The notes beneath the pieces were generated by a model. The model was not told where the DNA came from. It saw only the letters and a program-made list of their open reading frames with translations, and made no database searches. The position numbers and the translations under genes were made by a program. 64,000 bases of DNA from Oceanicoccus sp. (GTDB lineage: Bacteria > Pseudomonadota > Gammaproteobacteria > Pseudomonadales > Dasaniaceae): contig NZ_JAQWFR010000029.1 in assembly GCF_029238675.1 (NCBI RefSeq), positions 12,178 to 76,177 of the forward strand, given 5' to 3'. Below, one piece after another: positions 60,734 through 64,000 of this stretch (position 1 is the first letter of the stretch; every line of letters begins with the position of its first letter).

Positions 60734-61975
60734 CTAACGGCTTAACCTCGCATTTTTATAGGCAAAGAAGGAAGGAAGAGCAGCGGCAATAATAGTCGCG
60801 CCGATTATCAACAGGACAAAAAACAGCTTATTCCCTGACAATAGTGAGCGCCCCATATGCAAGCTAAAGTTTGCAGCCAGAAAGTCGCTACTTAGCCCCA
60901 AACTTAAATACAAGCCTGAAACGGCCAATAAAATACTCAACAAGCTAATCAACAACGCTTCCATTTCAATGATTAAAAATAGAAACACAGGTGATGCGCC
61001 AATAACTCGCAGCAAATGTATTTCATGCTCTCGCTCCCTGATCGAGGCTAACATCATCGCGCTTAAACCCAGCAAGGCAGCCATTAGAATAAGACCGGAA
61101 ATAAGACGCAGGGTATTTTCCATCAGGCCCATCATTTGCCACAGCTCTGATAAAGCCACCCCCGGAAGAATGGCCGACAGCGGCTCTTTGCGATAATTAT
61201 TAATATTACGCTGCACCCGAAATGTCGCCATTCTGGAGTTTAGGCCCAGCATAAAGGCGGTAATGGTTTTGGGCTGAAGGGCCAGCGATTCCAGTTGGTC
61301 GGTAGTGATAGTGCTGCCGGGCATTTTTACGCCCTGCTGCCAATCAATATGAATAGCTTCTATACCTTGTAAACTAATATGAACCGTCTGGTCTACCGGT
61401 GTGCCGGTAGTGGCTAAAATACCGGTGATTTTAAAGGGCCGGTCATCGTGAAGGCTAAAGCTGGTTTTACCAAGGCCGTGGGCCAGTACAATTTTATCGC
61501 CCAGTGAATAGCCTAACTTTCTGGCGACTTCTGAGCCGAGTACAACATCAAACAAATCACTAAAAGGTTTGCCTTCGGTAAAATCCAGTTGGCGCTTATT
61601 GCCATAGCTAAAGTGTTTAAAATAATCCGTGGAAGTGCCCATCACGCGATAACCCTTGTGGGAATCGCCCAGTGAGACAGGAATTGCCCATGCCACCCTG
61701 GAGTTATCGGCGATAGCTTGATAAGTCTCCCAATCAATATTATTGGTCGGTGAGCCAATACGAAAAACCGAATAAAGCAATAGGTTTAAGCTACCGGTCC
61801 TGGCACCTACAATCAGGTCGACACCTGAAACGGTGCTGTTAAAACTCTCTTTAGTTTGAGTGCGGATATGCTCAACACCCAGCAGTACAAAAATACTGAC
61901 ACTCATTGCCAGAATGGTCAGCACCACCGAGCCCTTTCGATTGAGTAAGCTTTTGGCGGCTAAGCGAAAAAACAT
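60734..61975 (-). CDS. MacB/FtsX-type ABC permease (ZrgC-like)
   Basis: One N-terminal TM, large periplasmic domain (DLIVGARTG, PVSLGDSHKG, GTPVD), three C-terminal TMs after REREHEIHLLRVIGA. Confidence 0.85.
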   Translation of the reverse strand: MFFRLAAKSLLNRKGSVVLTILAMSVSIFVLLGVEHIRTQTKESFNSTVSGVDLIVGARTGSLNLLLYSVFRIGSPTNNIDWETYQAIADNSRVAWAIPVSLGDSHKGYRVMGTSTDYFKHFSYGNKRQLDFTEGKPFSDLFDVVLGSEVARKLGYSLGDKIVLAHGLGKTSFSLHDDRPFKITGILATTGTPVDQTVHISLQGIEAIHIDWQQGVKMPGSTITTDQLESLALQPKTITAFMLGLNSRMATFRVQRNINNYRKEPLSAILPGVALSELWQMMGLMENTLRLISGLILMAALLGLSAMMLASIREREHEIHLLRVIGASPVFLFLIIEMEALLISLLSILLAVSGLYLSLGLSSDFLAANFSLHMGRSLLSGNKLFFVLLIIGATIIAAALPSFFAYKNARLSR

Positions 61976-62655
61976 CAGTGACCAGCTCCTGCCGTATTAA
62001 TCTCTGCCAGGGCATCAATCCGATTAAAGTATTTCGCCAGCGACATATCATGGCTAACGAAAAGCAAGGTGGTGTTGTGCTCCGCGACCATGGCCATAAG
62101 TTCGGACATAAAATGATCGCGGTTGTCCTGGTCAAGGGAAGAGGTAGGTTCGTCGGCAATCAGCAGTTCCGGTTTATTGATCATCGCCCTTGCGATGGCG
62201 ATACGCTGTTGTTGGCCGATGCTAAGGTTTGCCACCGGTTTTTGCCAATCGGATGGGGCAATATGAAAGCTGGATAATAAGGACTTGATATCATCCTTTA
62301 ATGAGGACGATAGGTTTTCTTTGGCAAACTGGTGGGCCAGTGCAATATTATCCATCGCATCGAGATAGGGGATAAGATTAAATTGCTGGAAGATATAGCC
62401 AATATGGTCGGCTCGAAAACGATCCCGTTGCCGGCTGCTTATTTTATCCAGACGCTGGCCCAGCACAGAGACCTCGCCGGTATCGGCCTGTAACATACCG
62501 CTTAGTAGATTAAGCAGTGTCGATTTCCCGCCGCCGGAAGGCCCGTGGACAAAAACCTGCTCGCCAGCAGCAACGGCCCAGCTATTGATATTCAACACCC
62601 TCTTCCCCGGCGTGTCGGGGTAGCTGTAACAGACATCCTTTAATTGAATGGTCAT
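61975..62655 (-). CDS. ABC ATP-binding protein (LolD/MacB-like; ZrgB-like)
   Basis: GPSGGGKST, YIFQQFNL, LSIGQQQR, ADEPTSSLD, VSHD. Confidence 0.92.
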   Translation of the reverse strand: MTIQLKDVCYSYPDTPGKRVLNINSWAVAAGEQVFVHGPSGGGKSTLLNLLSGMLQADTGEVSVLGQRLDKISSRQRDRFRADHIGYIFQQFNLIPYLDAMDNIALAHQFAKENLSSSLKDDIKSLLSSFHIAPSDWQKPVANLSIGQQQRIAIARAMINKPELLIADEPTSSLDQDNRDHFMSELMAMVAEHNTTLLFVSHDMSLAKYFNRIDALAEINTAGAGH

Positions 62656-62690
62656 AAACGGTTTAGTCAGTAATGGCTTGTCAACATGGA

Positions 62691-62707
62691 ATGATACCCA
62701 GTATCAT
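62691..62707. promoter_or_regulatory. Perfect 7-3-7 inverted repeat in the divergent promoter (candidate operator)
   Basis: ATGATAC-CCA-GTATCAT. Confidence 0.45.
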
Positions 62708-62741
62708 CCCGTGATGCGAAGTTAATTAACTGGTGTAAAGT

Positions 62742-63347
62742 TTGAAAGCGTTATCCTTCTATAAAACGGTAGTTTTGCTTTTCGTATTATCCGTGCTGGC
62801 CGCGACCACCCTACAAGCTTCCAACTCCCCTGCCAAAAAACCGGCAACACCCACTGAGTTTAAAACCATACAATGGCCCGATCTAATGCCCCAGGCAGAT
62901 CTGGATGCCCTGTTAAACCCACCGGAATATCTGGCGAATATCGAAGACGGTTCAGCCGAAGATCAAATTAGCAGCCAGATTAGTAGCTCTATTGCCGCCG
63001 CCAAGGATGACCGCTACCAGCAGGCCCTGGTATCCACCAATATCAGGCCGGAAATGAATGGTCGGGGTATCCGCATTCCGGGGTTTATTGTGCCGTTGGA
63101 ATTTAGTGATGACCAAGTGATCACCGAGTTTTTTATTGTGCCGTTTTTTGGCGCCTGTATCCATGTGCCGCCACCGCCACCCAACCAGATTATCCATGTG
63201 AAATATCCCAAGGGCTTTAAGCTTGAGGCTTTGTATAATCCGTTTTGGCTATCCGGTGTGTTAAAAACCACTCTAATAGAAAATGATATGGCAACAGCGG
63301 CCTATGCGATGGAAGTGCATCTGGTGGAAGAGTATGCCGAGCCGTAG
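62742..63347 (+). CDS. DUF3299-family exported protein
   Basis: Signal peptide; IQWPDLMP, RIPGFIVPL, VPFFGACIHVPPPPPNQII. Confidence 0.88.
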   Translation: MKALSFYKTVVLLFVLSVLAATTLQASNSPAKKPATPTEFKTIQWPDLMPQADLDALLNPPEYLANIEDGSAEDQISSQISSSIAAAKDDRYQQALVSTNIRPEMNGRGIRIPGFIVPLEFSDDQVITEFFIVPFFGACIHVPPPPPNQIIHVKYPKGFKLEALYNPFWLSGVLKTTLIENDMATAAYAMEVHLVEEYAEP

Positions 63348-63351
63348 TGTG

Positions 63352-64000
63352 TTAGTCGGCCTGTTTAATACAGGCTAATAACTGCTCTTCCCACTGCCCG
63401 CAAAGCTCGCTGGCAATAATTTCAATACGGCTTTCCATACAGTCGTCCAGTTCAATTTCGGTGAGTGCATCACTGGTCAGGTTATAGCCATAAATACCAT
63501 TCTCAGTAATAAATACCGCTTTCATTCTTTCCGCGACAATACCATTTAAAAAAGCAAATAATTTATTGTGGTCAAAGACTTTTGTTGACTCAAAGCGCCA
63601 GCCAATACTGTGAAAACCCTCCCCTTGATTGACCGCCCTGATATAACCGCAGGCAGGTATGGGCTCGTCGTTCAGGTTGTTGCCAGTGGTGTTTTCTTGA
63701 TGATGGTGGTGATGGGAGTGAACCGATAAACCCGTGGCGCCCTTTAATAAATCCAGCGATATTTTTCCCTGTTCGGCAAAAACAATGTCTACCTCGGGTG
63801 AGGCCTTGGCTTTAGCATAGCCTTCAAGCTGCGCCTTGTGTCCTGCTTGATAAAGGTCCTGTTTATTGCCAACAACAGTATCCGCAATAGCAATTTGCTG
63901 GTTAAAGGTTTGATGCTCTGTATAGCGTGTATCATCCAGTTTTCTGGCATCAACTAGCGTTATGGTTTTTTCAATGGCAAGCACCTCTCGATAATAGTCG
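63352..64000 (-). CDS. COG0523/CobW-family G3E metallochaperone GTPase, 3' part (5' end outside the window)
   Basis: Frame open to the window edge (DYYREVLAIEK...); LVDARK, NQQIAIAD, GNKQD, His stretch HSHHHHH, ERMKAVF, SRIEII. Confidence 0.88.
   Translation of the reverse strand, partial: DYYREVLAIEKTITLVDARKLDDTRYTEHQTFNQQIAIADTVVGNKQDLYQAGHKAQLEGYAKAKASPEVDIVFAEQGKISLDLLKGATGLSVHSHHHHHQENTTGNNLNDEPIPACGYIRAVNQGEGFHSIGWRFESTKVFDHNKLFAFLNGIVAERMKAVFITENGIYGYNLTSDALTEIELDDCMESRIEIIASELCGQWEEQLLACIKQAD

Overview
This is a 64-kb chromosomal window, mostly core genes, from a marine-type gammaproteobacterium. Gene order and protein style suggest a Cellvibrionales/Pseudomonadales relative; that placement is inference. 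In order: nif3 and algW; hisD-hisG-murA-bolA-mlaC; yrbG-kdsD-lptCAB-rpoN-hpf-ptsN-rapZ-npr-mgtE-yjgA; nitrilase-yhdP-rng-maf-mreDCB; gatCAB; smrA; a 2OG-Fe(II) oxygenase and waaC; a complete type II secretion cluster gspC-N; oadGAB; dusC; an Sfp-type PPTase; a protease/7TM-transglutaminase/ATP-grasp ligase operon; a DUF3081-SDR-shikimate kinase operon; and a zinc-starvation-type cluster (Zur-like box, His-rich TonB receptor, MacB-type ABC, DUF3299, COG0523 GTPase running off the end). I found no rRNA, tRNA, CRISPR array, integrase, transposase or phage gene. The main non-coding feature is a family of CGTC-tagged palindromic repeats (core ATTCCC-N8-GGGAAT). These occur as monomers, as nested forms and as four three-hairpin elements of about 100 bp. 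Two of them are 160-bp inverted near-copies bracketing gspC..dusC, and one truncates a decayed receptor gene. Other notable points are an apparent ATC start for mreC, sigma54-like boxes at mreB and rpoN, and several genes missing from otherwise conserved clusters (kdsC, mlaFEDB, tldD/pmbA, hisC). All coordinates, counts and family assignments were made by eye and from recalled family motifs; no database search was run.
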